Assembly: GCA_965240325.2 (NCBI GenBank)
Contig: OZ251222.1
Span: forward strand, 3,472,001-3,536,000
Reading direction: 5' to 3'
DNA from: Rebecca billardiae RCC1528
Taxonomy: Eukaryota > Protista > Haptophyta
Length of the DNA: 64,000 bases
The notes under the pieces are model-generated. The model was not told where the DNA came from. It made no database searches and saw only the letters and a program-made list of their open reading frames with translations. Shown one piece after another: positions 45,601 through 56,988 of this stretch; within the stretch, counting starts at the first letter, position 1; every line of letters begins with the position of its first letter. Made by a program: the position numbers and the translations under genes.

Positions 45601-48600
45601 ACCGGCGCGTGAGCTCGGAGGCTGAGCTCGTGCTCGACGCGTCGGCGAGCTACGACCCGAACGTGCCGCTGGTGCCCGACGCGGCGACGGGCGAGCCCGC
45701 GCGCGACGCCGAGCTGCGCTTCGAGTGGAGCGCGGCGCTGCTGAACGGCACGGCCGCGCGCGAGGTCGCGCTCCCAGACGGCGTGGACGGCAGCGCGCGC
45801 GCGCTGCGCATCCCGCGCGGGGGGCTGGGCGTGGGCAGCTGGACGTTCACGCTCTCGCTGTCCAAGGAGGGCTCGGCCGCGCCGCCGGTGGCCGCGTCGA
45901 TCGGCGTGGAGGTGGTGCCCGGCCCCGTGCCCGCGATCACGTTCGCCCCGCTGGACGCGCTCAAGTACAACCCGAGCTGGGCGCTCTCCACGCAGCGCGT
46001 CGCGCTGCAGACGTCGCTAGACGCGCGCTCGGCCGCGCTCGAGGCGAGCGGCGCGCTCTCGCTCGAGTACGAGTGGAGCGCGGCGACCGTCGTCTCCGGC
46101 GTGGAGCGCGCCGCCGAGCTCGACCTCCGCTCGGACGCAATCACAACGACGGGCGCCGACCAGCCCTCCCTCGCCTTCCGCTCGGGCGCGCTCACGCCCG
46201 GCGCGCTCTACGCCTTCTCTCTCACCGTGCGCGGCGCCGAGCAGCCGGCGTTTGCGCGGGTGCGCGTGCTGATCAACCGCCCGCCGTTCGGCGGCACGCT
46301 GCTCGTCGTGCCGAGCGAGGGCGTCGCCGTGCTCGACGAGTTCTTGCTCGAGGCGCGCGCGTGGACGGACGACGCGGAGGACCTGCCGCTGCGCTACGCG
46401 TTTCAGTACGCGCCGCGCGGCGCCGCGGGCGACGGCGCCGAGTCCGCCGCCGCCGAGGGCGCGCCGGCGCAGGCGCTGTCCGAGCTCGTGCGGTCGCCCT
46501 CGCTCGCCGCGTTCCTGCCCGCGGGCGAGCTGCTCGCCTCGGTCGACGTGCTCGACTTCTACGGCGCGCGCGCGTCGGCCTCCGCCGCCGTCTCCGTGCG
46601 CGAGCCCGCCGCCTCCGAGCTGTTCAGCATCGCGGGCGCGCTCTCGCGCGCGCGCGAAGCCGTGGACGTGGGCGCAGCGTCGCGCGCCAACCAGCTCGTC
46701 TCGTCGGTGGCGACGCTGCCCGGCCTCTTCGAGCGGGCGGCGGGCGGCGCGAACGCGTCGAGCGCGCTCGTGCACGAGATGCTGGCGATCGTCGACGGCG
46801 CGGACGAGCGCACGATCTCGACCGCCACCAGCCGCAAGCAGTCGAGCCGCACGCTCGCGGCCGTGCTGAGCCACCCGGCTGCGCTCGACGGCGCTGCGCA
46901 GGCGCGCGGCCTGCTGCAGGTCGAGCGGCTCGCGGGGCGCGCGGGCGGCACCGGCCTCGACGCGTCGACGTCGGCCAATCTGCTCGACGCGATGGACGCC
47001 GTGCTCGCCGCAGACGTCTTGGCGCTGCCGCCCGACGAGCGGGACGAGGTCAACAGCGCGGCGGGGAGCGCCGCGGCGCAGCTGGCGCGCTCGCTGCTCG
47101 TTGGACTCGTGCGCGACGAGGCGGCGGCAGAGGCGCTCGGCGAGAACCTCAACGTCTCCGCGAGCCGGCGCTCGCCGTCCGCGCTGGCGAACGCGACGAT
47201 CCGTGGGCCCGGCGGCGCCGGCGGCGTGGACGTGCCCGCGAGCGCGCTCGCCAACCGCGCGGCCGTCGCGGCGGGCGTCGACGTTGTCATGTTTGCATTC
47301 GCGCGCAACATCCACGGCGACCCTTCCGACCAGCCTGCCGCGCCGTCGGGCGGCGACGCGGGGAGCACGCTGGGCGCGCTGCGCACGGGCGTGCTCTCGG
47401 TCACGCTCGGCGCCGCCGCGTCGGGCGAGGAGCTGTCCATCCGCAACCTGAGCGAGCCCATCGTCATCGCCATCCCGCTGGCTCCCGCGCCGCCGTCGGA
47501 GGAGGCGGAGGAGGCGGAGCAGCAGCAGCAGCGCGCGGCGGGCTGCGCGCACCTCAGCGGCTGCCACGCCACCGCGGGCCGCGGCACGTGCGTCGAGGGC
47601 GCGTGCGCGTGCCACCGCACGTACTCCGGCGAGCGGTGCACGCTGCGCGCCGCGTGCCACTTCTGGGACGCGAGTGCGCAGCGCTGGTCGACCGAGGGGT
47701 GCGAGACGCTGCCCAGCGCGGCGCAGCCGCTGCCCGCCGACGCCGAGCCGTCGCTGCTGTACTGCGCGTGCGACCACCTCACCGACTTTGGCGGCATCTC
47801 CGTGCCCGCCACGCCCGAGGAGCTGGCCGACGACTCGGAGTCGTTCGCGCGCGGCGTGAACACCATCTCGGCGGGGGACGCGAAGGAGGCGCTCCTCGTC
47901 TCGCCCGAGCAGCTGGGCGCGCGCATCGAGCGCAGCCCGCACATCTACGCGCTCATCCTCGGCATGAGCGGCGCGTGCGCTCTCTCCGTCCTCGCCTTCT
48001 GCGCGCGCGACCGGTACGAGGCGAGCGAGCGCGCCAGGCACGCGGCGGCCGCCAAGCAGGCGGCGGCGGAGCAGGAGCGCCTGCGCGCGCTGGCCACCGT
48101 GACCGCCGAGCTCGAGCTCAAGCTCGACGAGATGGACGAGGCGATGGCGCGGCGCGCAGAGCAGGCGGCCATCATGATTCAGAAGGTGGCGCGCGGCCGG
48201 CTCGTGCGCAAGCAGGTCCGCGCGCTCTTCGACTTTGCGAGCGGCACGCGGCGCGAGCGGCGCGGCGAGCACGCGTGCACCAAGGTGCTGCGGCTCGTCC
48301 TGCAGCGCATCGGCACGGACCACTCGCTCTTCGGAATGTGCGCGCCGCGCGCGCGCGCGCGCGCGCGCGCCCCGCTGCTGAGCGCCCCGCCGCTGAGCGC
48401 GCGCGCGTCGCCCGCGCCGCTCGCCCCGCCGCGCGCGCGCCCTTCAGCTGGTTTGGCGACCCGGCCGAGTCGAAGCGCTCGGAGCTGTGCCAGCAGTTCT
48501 GGACCCTGTGCATGCTCGCGCTCGTGATCGAGTGCGTGCTCTGGGCCGACCCGACCGGCGGCGCCCGCACCGTCGACGCGCTCGCGGTCGTGTACACAGG

Positions 48601-50874
48601 CGTTGTCACGGCCACGCTGTGCATGCCTGCGCTGCTAGCGTGGCGCGCGCTGTACACGTGGGGTTACTCGCGGGACTCGCCGCTCGTCGAGCGCTTCGGG
48701 CAGGCGCTGCTCGGCGGCGCGCGGGCGGAGGTGGACTCGCAGCTGGCGAGCCGTGCCAAGCCCGAGGTGAAGGAGGCCATCGAGCAGGACGCCTCCGCAA
48801 AGGGCGCCAGCCTGCGCGCACCGCTCGCGCCTCCCATGTCACCCGCGCGCGGCACGCGCGGCGGGCGCTGGGGAGAAGCAAGCGCGGGCGGCGGCGCCGG
48901 CATGGCCGAGGGGTCGGGGCGCGGCACGCCGGTGGCGCAGTCGCCAGTCTCGCCGTACCGCGGCGCTCGGCCGTCGCGCCCCGACCGGTGGGCGCGTCCA
49001 GGCCGGCCGTCGGATCCCGGCGCCGCGGCCGACGGCGCCGCAGACGCGCCGCCGGGAGCCGAGCCGCCCGCCGCGCCGCCCGCCGCGCTCGCTCGGGCTG
49101 GGCGCGTCTTGCCCACGCCCACCTCCGCCGGGCGGAGCGCTGCCAGCATGCCGTTCAGCCCGTCGCGCGCCGTCGTCCGCCCGCCGCTCGTCGCGCCGCG
49201 CCCCCCTGCCGCCGCCGTGCACCCGCAGCCCGCCACTCCGCCCTCACGCTGGGCGTGCGTCTCTCCGGAGGAGGCGGCAGATCTCGATCTGATCGACGAG
49301 CCGACCGCGCGGCTCGTGCCGGACTTTGCGCTGGACGAGCCCGCCGACGCGGGCGCGGCGCCGGCGGGGCAGGAGCCCACGCGCGCCGACGCCCGGCCAG
49401 CGGGTGCTCGCGCGGAGCGCCAGGCCTCGCCGGCCTCCGCGCGCGAGCCCACGGAGGCAGCCGCGCGCTCGCTCACGCCCGGAGCGGGCTGGCCGCCGGG
49501 CGGCGTGCGGCAGCGCTGCGGGGCGGACGGCACGGCGCTGCCCTCCCGCCCGCCGCCTCCGGGCGAGAGGCCGCCGTTGCCCCCGCCACCCGCGCCGCCT
49601 GCGCCCACGCCACCGCCGGCGACGCCCCCCGCGGCCGCGCACACCGAGAGGGGTGGCGGCACCCCCGAGCCCGCCGGCCAACGCGCCGTGCGGTGGGCGA
49701 GCGCCCAGCGCTCCGGCGGCGCGCCCGCGACCTCCCCTGCCGAACTCGGCTCGCGACGACGGCCGCCGCCGCCGACGCCGCCCGCAACGAGCGGCGGCGG
49801 CCGAGGTGGCGCCGCGGCCGGGCGCAAGGGCATCGTGCGCACCGTGCTGACGGGCTCGCCGCAGAAGGTGGCCAGGGCGATCAAGCACAAGACGAGCGGC
49901 TGGCGCTCGGAGCGGCGGCAGCAGCTCCTTTCCCTCGACGCCGTGCAGCACGACCTGGACGAGCAGACCGTGCGCCAGCTGCGCGCCAAGTTCGTCAAGT
50001 ACGACCGCGACGACTCGGGGTACGTGTCCACGCACGAGCTGGGGCAGCTGGTGAAGGACCTCGGCTTCACGCTCTCGAGGCGCAAGCTGGGGCAGCTCGC
50101 CAACGAGCTCGACGAGTCCGGGAACGGCAAGATCACGCTGCCCGAGCTCGGTGCGCAGCGCAGCGGCGCGACGCCTCACGCCGTGCGCCTTGCCCCTCAC
50201 GCGCGCGGCCACGCTCGAACCCCCCCCCCCCCCCCCCCCCTCCGTCCCCCGACCGAACCCCCCCCCCCCCCCCCCCCCCCCTCCGTTCCCCGACCGGTCA
50301 CGGCCCTGGCGTGCACGCGCCGCCCCTCGCAGTCTGGTGGTACGATGGCGTGGTGAAGGAGGCGATCTGGCGCGAGGCGCGCCGCCAGAAGGGCTGGCGC
50401 AAGCAGTGGGCGCGGCTTCAGCCGTACGTCACGCCGCCGCCACTCGTCAAGATCGCCATCGCATGGCTTGTGATGTGGGCCTGCTTTGCCGCGCTCGCAG
50501 CCATCGCGATCACGTTCGCGTTTGTGTTCGGCCCAGAGCGCACGAGGCTGCTGCTGTTCTCCTGGACCTTTGCGGAGGGGCAGACGCTCTTCCTCGAGGT
50601 GCGCGAGCGCGAGCGCGCGCGACGGTGCGCTTGTCAGCGTTGCTACGCGCGCGCGCGCGCTCACACGGCGCGCCGATGCATGGCCCATGCTCGTGCCGCG
50701 GCCGAGCAGGAGCCGCTGATCATCGCGATGACCATCGTCCTGCCCTACGTCATGGACGCGCTCACTGCGAACGGCGTGATCGGCGAGGTCTTCAACGAGG
50801 TCTTTGCAAACGTGGTCGGGGCAGTCGTCGCCAGCTTCAAGTCGGGCGTGCAGGCCATCACCGGCGGAGCCTGA
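36684..50874 (+). CDS. Giant receptor-like protein (~4,595 aa): signal peptide, 2 FG-GAP propellers, Pro stalk, 5 novel repeats, IPT/TIG domains, REJ, EGF, GPS, ~5 TM, IQ, 2 EF-hands; exons 36684-48337, 48448-50150, 50333-50598, 50710-50874
   Basis: FG...GDLDGDGxxD repeats; GPVRGGTVLTVLGSGF (IPT); LDASASYDP and INRPPFGGTL...WTDDAEDLPLRYAF (REJ); CHFWD...WSTEGC...CACDHLTDF (GPS); IQKVARGRLVRK (IQ); DRDDSGYVSTHEL and DESGNGKITLPEL (EF-hands). Three GT-AG introns give a 13,788-nt CDS. Confidence 0.9.
36960..39385 (+). repeat. Internal tandem duplication (~1.25 kb) of the FG-GAP propeller
   Basis: Copies at ~36960-38125 and ~38205-39385. Their 3' thirds are nearly identical at DNA level. Confidence 0.92.
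39360..40980 (+). repeat. Extensin-like (SPPP)n coding region (~540 aa)
   Basis: Translation PPSPPPSPPP with repeated AASPLPPPSPP sub-blocks. Confidence 0.95.
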
Positions 50875-51611
50875 GGGCCACGCCGGCGTGCCGGCGGCCG
50901 CGGCGTTGGCCGCGTTCCAACTCCAAGGCCATCGCTCGTCCGGCGGCGGTCATCATTGTCAGCAGGTGATGCAATAACGACCCGTCTATCCGCCGGGCAG
51001 TCGCTGCTATGTCACGTAATGACGACCGAGGAACGCTATAGGCGCCAGCGCTGCACATTATCAGGTCGATCATCATAAGTCCCATCGCTCTTCATTACAG
51101 CAGTACCAGCAGGCAGCAGACCATCGCCACGCACACCTCAAACTCAGTAGTCTCACAGGGCTGCTCTTGGACTACTGTACAAAGCTAAAGGGTCCGCCGC
51201 CATCCTGCATCCATTCGCGGCGGGTTATTTTTCTGAATTCTGTCTCATGCTGACTCTGATGCTACTGCTGGCATGCAGCGCCGTCTGACGCGCGCTGTTT
51301 TCTGTCTGCTACTGCTGGCAGCGCCGCTGTCATACGACGATCGCGACGACTACGGTGATTACGAGTCCATCCACAAGGGACTAGTAGCATCAGTGAATTC
51401 ATATTCACGGACTGTCAGTGTCACTCGGTCTCGGTGTGCTGTCACTCGCGTCGATCAGTCAGATCACAGATGGCACGACGCACAAGGCAGCTGGTATGGC
51501 CTCGTCGCCGGTCGTGCTCGCACCTCGCAGACACGAGTGCGGGCCGGAGCCTCCAGCAGCATGACCCGATGCCATCGCCGCACCGGCCTCTGCTGTCTGT
51601 CTGTCATCTGC

Positions 51612-52446
51612 TCACGACCAGATGGCGGGACGAATAATGTTCTTCATGACCCACCGCACCTGCGTGTGCACACAGGCCGTCCAAAGCACCAACCGGTCAG
51701 GGCGTCCCCAGGGGGGCACGTAAGGAGGGGCGCGCGCGTGAGCGCCGCGCATGGCCGGCGAGAACTCGCGAGGCCCGTGCGCGAGGCGCCGCGCGCACCC
51801 CCAGGAAGCAGAGCAGAGGCCAACCTTCGCAGAATCGTGTGGCTGCGGGCGAGGGTGGGGGTAGCGGTGGCGGTGCAGGCGGAGGCGGTGGGGAAGGAGG
51901 CGGCGAGGGCGGAGGCGGTGGAGGTGGAGACGGTGACGGCGGCGGTGACGGCGCAGGGGCGGGAAACGCGCAGGGATTGTCGTCCCCAGCACTGTTGTCC
52001 CAGGTGATGCCACCGCAGGCGTATGTCTCGTCCGGGCGGGCCGCAAGTCGGCGCTGCTCGCGCATGGCAAACAGGAGGCGGCGGCCTCCTCCTCCTTCCG
52101 TGGGGCAGTACATGGCGCAGGTGAAGCCATCTGTGACGGGCGTGAAGAGTCGGCGGCCGTGGAGAGAGCCCACCGCGGCCAAAGCGTCCTCCTCGCTCGA
52201 GAAATCCTCGGTCAGCGCGCGCCGCCCGCAGCTGACCATCTGGCACGTACATGCGGTCGGCGTGCACTCCCACATTGCCACCAGCGTGTTGCCGTCGAAG
52301 CAGGAAAAGTCGACCGTCCGCGTTGGGGCGAAGGCAAGGAGGTTCGAGGCGAGCGTCTCCAGGTTGCACCCGCTGCCTGCCACGAGCTCACACCGCACGA
52401 GGAACGCAGTGAGCGTGACCGCGTGCACGAGCGCACCACGACGCAT
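51612..52446 (-). CDS. Small secreted Cys-rich protein with four RR(x)L sites and a Pro stalk; exons 52446-51799, 51659-51612 (~231 aa)
   Basis: Signal-like MRRGALVHAVTLTAFLVRCELVAG; GRRAL, GRRLF, GRRLLF and RRLAA; GT-AG intron 51798-51660. Confidence 0.72.
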
Positions 52447-52934
52447 GACCGCGGGTGCGACGATCTGCGGCGATGGGAGACACGGAGGGCGCCGCGTGAC
52501 ACGAGTCAGTGTGGCGCGTGCCGGTTCGAGCGTCACATCGCGCGGAGTGTGCGCGGGCGTGAGTGTGCGCGGGCGAGTTCGAGCGGCCTACCGTCGTCGG
52601 CCGCGGGACAACGAGTCAAACGACCTATCTGGCCAGGCCCAGCTCCTTGAATATCGGAATGAAATTAGTGATCACCTGCTTGATTCCTTTGATATCATAA
52701 TGATTGTCGTGCCGACTGCCGATGACCGATTGACCGTCGGCGGCGCTCATTATGAAAGGGGGCGGGCAGCCGAGATAGTAGTACTCGCACGGCGAGATGA
52801 GCCCTCGCGACTAATTGTCGGCTTCTTAGATCGGCGGATGCGGCCAGATACTATTTTCATGATCATAATTATGATCGGATTCCATGTCATCAGAAGCTTC
52901 GGAACGTTATTCGTGGCCGCCTGTGCTTCGCAAC

Positions 52935-54549
52935 ATGCGCTCCACCCTCGCGACGTGGGCCGTGTGCGTGCTCTGCATCCCGCTGGCTGTCGCCCATGAC
53001 GAAGACGGGGCACTCGGAGATGGCAGCCCTCGGCCTGCACGCGACCTCGCTGCGCGCGAGGACCAGCACAGCCGCAGGATGTGCGCGCACGCCAGCCAGC
53101 GACTGCGGGCGCGGCGGCAGCGCTGCCGTCGCGTCGTCGCGTCTCACACTGCGCTTCTCGGCCCGGCCCGGCGCGTGCAGGCTAGCAAACGCTCCGCTCG
53201 TGCAGACAGGCACGGATGGCGCCGACACTCTCGAAGGTGGTGAAGGGTGGGCCAACATAATCTATGGTTACGCTGGTGATGACAACCTGATTGGTGGGGA
53301 TGGCTCGTACAATCCGCGCGGCTTCGATGACACGCACAACTACATCTTCGGTGGTGCTGGCAACGACGACATTGTTGGCGGCGACGGTGGGGCATTTGGC
53401 ATAGTGCAAGGTGGCGACGTGTACAACTTCCTCCACGGCGGGGCTGGCGACGACACACTCTCTGGCGGCGACAGCTTTCCTTTGGAGGCCTACGGCACCA
53501 ACGCGTACAACTACGTTTATGGTGCGCGCCGGCGCTCGGCGCCCTTGTCGCACCGCGGTGCTCGGCTCACGCGTCGCGTCGCGTCGCCCGCGTGCACACC
53601 GGTCTGCCTCTGTAGGCGGCCAGGGTGAAGACACTCTGTACGGCGGCTACAGCGCCTACGACGTGCTCGAGGGTGTGCGCGCGTGCGCTGGATGCGCGTG
53701 CGCGCGTGGCGTGCGCACGCCGGGGTTGGGTGGCGTTTGGTTGGGGAGCATCTCGCGCCCGTCGATGCCACCTGCATAGGCGGATCGCGCGCGCAGCACA
53801 CGGGTGGCACACGTTGAGCGCGTGTGCTGCCCGCCGCGCCGCCGCCCTGCGCAGGCGGAGCCGGATACGACAAGATCTTCGCGGACAATGCCAACGACGG
53901 CTGGTTGGGTGGCAGGGACGTGATCAACGTGACTGACGGCGAGTACGACAAGGTGTACGCAAGGGATGGTGCCTACGACCTCGTGTATGCCGACGTTGGC
54001 GACTACGTGGACGCGGATGAGACCGACGTCGTCGTGTGGAGCGGAGGGGACAGCGACGGCACTGGAGCCGGGGACGATCAGGTTGGCAACACGACGAAGT
54101 CGCTGCTGCCCTCGCCATCGCCTCCGCCACCGCCGACGCCCTCGCCGCCCATCACGCTCGTCGTCAATGTCGACTGCTCGTGTCCGCCATCGCGGCCATC
54201 CTCCCGGCGCTCACTCCGGCAGGTGGTCCCAACGGTGGTGAGAACTGAGACGCGCATGTCGCCTGGCCAGCTCACTTCACATGAGCGTGCACCGACGTCA
54301 AGCCCCCCTCGCAGCAAGCAGGCCAGCCACGACAGCGCGACGACGCACGGAGATAGCCGTCCAAAATCACGCGCGCACGCTCTTGCGAGCGCTGTCGCAC
54401 GTGCTCTTGCCCCTCACGCGGCGAGCTCACGCCGTCGGCCGCGACGGCTACTCTTTGGTGGCTTCGGGGGAGTGCCACCGTGTCCGGCCGCGCTGTGCAC
54501 TCCCAACGCCGATGGCATGCCGGCTGCCTCACCTGCGAGCCAGCCTTGA
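52935..54549 (+). CDS. Secreted RTX/hemolysin-type Ca2+-binding repeat protein; exons 52935-53080, 53181-53521, 53616-53672, 53855-54549 (~412 aa)
   Basis: Signal peptide MRSTLATWAVCVLCIPLAVA; nonapeptides GYAGDDNLI, GGAGNDDIV, GGAGDDTLS, GGQGEDTLY and GGAGYDKIF. Three GT-AG introns keep frame. Confidence 0.85.
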
Positions 54550-55030
54550 TGAGTCCATGCTGCGCCCGCGCCCGGACGGCTGCCCTGGTCAGCTCGGCTC
54601 CGCCCAAAGTCTATTTTCCGCGGCGAAGAATCTACTGAAGATCGAACTAGTGATATCCATCCGCACACAGTACTGCAGTCTGCACGCTGCAGCACCGCCA
54701 ACCGCCGCCAGCCAGCCGCAGCTGAGCCGAGCGGCAAGCGCGCCGGCCGTCTGCCATCCGGTCCTGCACCCTCGCCCCTGGCTAGGCCGCAGCAGGCCCA
54801 TGCGAGCCGCGCAGCGCAGGTGGATCGCGCTGCAGCAGCTCAAGACGCGCTAAAGCTATTCGATCGCGATGTAGGCGGAGCTCTGCCACGAACGCCCACT
54901 TGTTGATGATCGAGCTCTGCCAACGACGAATCAGGAGACCGCGCCGTCATACCTTACTGTACTGTTCATGGGCGGTGACAGTGCCAAGTGATGTTAAAAA
55001 CTGTACAGTATACAGTTTCCTAAATCATAG

Positions 55031-56612
55031 ATGAATCTGTACGACCAGGTACTGCTGGCAGATCCTTACCGCCGCCCCCAGCGAGGCGGAGGCCTCGCCC
55101 GGATGCAGCAGAGACGGGGCGCGCCCCCGTGCAAAGCATGCCGGATCTCAAAGGTGCGCGCGCTTCGTCCCGCGTTGCGTTTCATGCGCTGGAGCGCTCC
55201 CTCCCTCCCATGCGCTCGACAACCCGGGTCCGCACTCGTGCCGGCTCGTGACGCGCGCGCAGGTCAGGTGCGACCTCGGACCCCATGCTCGTGGCCAATC
55301 GTGCTCGCGCTGCACACGGCTCCTGCTTAGCTGCGTGCCGAGTGGCCCGAGCCGGCGCGGCAGGAACTCGCACAACGACCCCACGTCGCGGATGTCGTCT
55401 GCCGTGTTGGCGCTCCGTGCGATGCCGGGGCACGGGCCAGAGGCGACCGCACCATTGCTGCGCGCGCTCGACATGCCGACTGAGTTCTCCTCGGTGTCCT
55501 GGGCGATCCACCACGCCGCGATGCACGAAGCCAGCCACTCGGTCAACTCGATTTGGATCGGCCAGTTTCTCACGCTTGCCCGGCGCAAGGAGAGCTGGGG
55601 TGCGTGGCGCGTCGCAGCACGCAGCGTCGCGCCCGGCGCGCGCGCGCTGGCGCTCGCGCGCGTGCGGGCTCGCTCGCGCGCTCACCGCCGCCGCGCCGTG
55701 CACCGTTGCCGCCGCGCGCGCCGCGCCGCAGTCCTCACGCATGACGCACTCCGCTTGGCGCGCTCAGTCGACCTGCCCTACGCCGAGACGATGCGGCAGC
55801 TGCGCGCGGCCGACGAGGCAGTTGCCCTGCAGCCGTCGCGCGCCGACGTGGGCGAGCCGCGGCAGCCCGACTACGTCGCCGAGTGGCACGCGCTCGACTG
55901 CCCGTGCGTCACGCGCTCCGAGCACGTCGGAGTGATCCAGTGGTACCCGAACGCGGCGCTCGCGCGCTTCTGGGCCGCGCACGCGCCCACCGAGGGGCTC
56001 GAGGCCATCTTGGGAGAGCGCGTGGATTCGCACGTTCCCGACTTCAGCGATGACTGGCTGTCCTTGCTCTCGACCGACGCAGAGCGCCGCGCGTTCATGG
56101 GCACGTGGGTGCGCATGTACGCGCAGGTGGCCCTGCCCGAGGCGGGGCTGGCGGCGGGAGGGACGCGCTGCGTCCAGCAGCACATCGAAGCCTGCTGCCC
56201 GCAGCTCGTCCACCTGCGGCTCGGCGGGCGCACGATCGGGCCTCTGCGCGTGCGCATCCGCCTCGCCGTGCAGCACGCGACGCAGGCGCTGTGGGACTGC
56301 GTCGCGCTCGAGCCCGTCGTCGCCGCCGAGCCCGTCGGCGGAGCAGCCGGCGTCGGCGCGCCGGGAGCCGCGCAGCGCCAGCCGATGCCGCCCGTGCCAT
56401 CCCTGCCATCACAGCGAGTGCGCGCGGATGGCCCGCGCGCTGCGGGCTGCGCGCCGCTCGCGCTGCACCGGCCTGTCACGTCCGAGGCCGAGCCCTCGGA
56501 CAGCGTGTCCTCGATGGCGCCGCCGCCTGCTTTCGGGAATGACGACGTGCTGCTGATGCTCGCGGACGCCTTGCCGCTGGACGAGCTGGCGCAGCTGGCT
56601 GCAGGGCTTTGA
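55031..56612 (+). CDS. Zn(II)2Cys6 (GAL4-type) binuclear cluster transcription factor; exons 55031-55153, 55263-55599, 55732-56612 (~446 aa)
   Basis: Splicing 55154-55262 gives CKACRISKVRCDLGPHARGQSCSRCTRLLLSC, which fits CX2CX6CX10CX2CX6C. Start may be 55103. Confidence 0.85.
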
Positions 56613-56988
56613 GCAGCAGCCGGCACAGATCGCACGGCGCCGCCACTCGCCCACTCGCGACGAGCCATCACGCGACGGACTGCTCACGGCCGGACGACGA
56701 CGAGCAGCGCGCCGCATCAAATGATCAATATTATGCTGGAGCGCGCGCCGCGCGCGAACGCGCCGCCTATTCGTGGTATAGCCATGTCGTTACTGTCACA
56801 TGAGCGCTCAGCGCATCATCATCCGTGCTGTAGCTACTGCGATAACAGTGATGATGAGTGCCGAGTCTCACACTATACAGCCACACACTGCACAGTGACG
56901 ACAAGCTTTCGGTGGACATATATGTCGTCAGGCCGCGTCCGTGACGCGCCGCCGTCCGTCACGACGATCATTGTCCTGCCACTGGTGC

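Noticed and set aside
39155-48323. Gly-rich and other long antisense ORFs over the giant receptor
   Set aside because: Reverse complement of Pro codons and GC3 bias.
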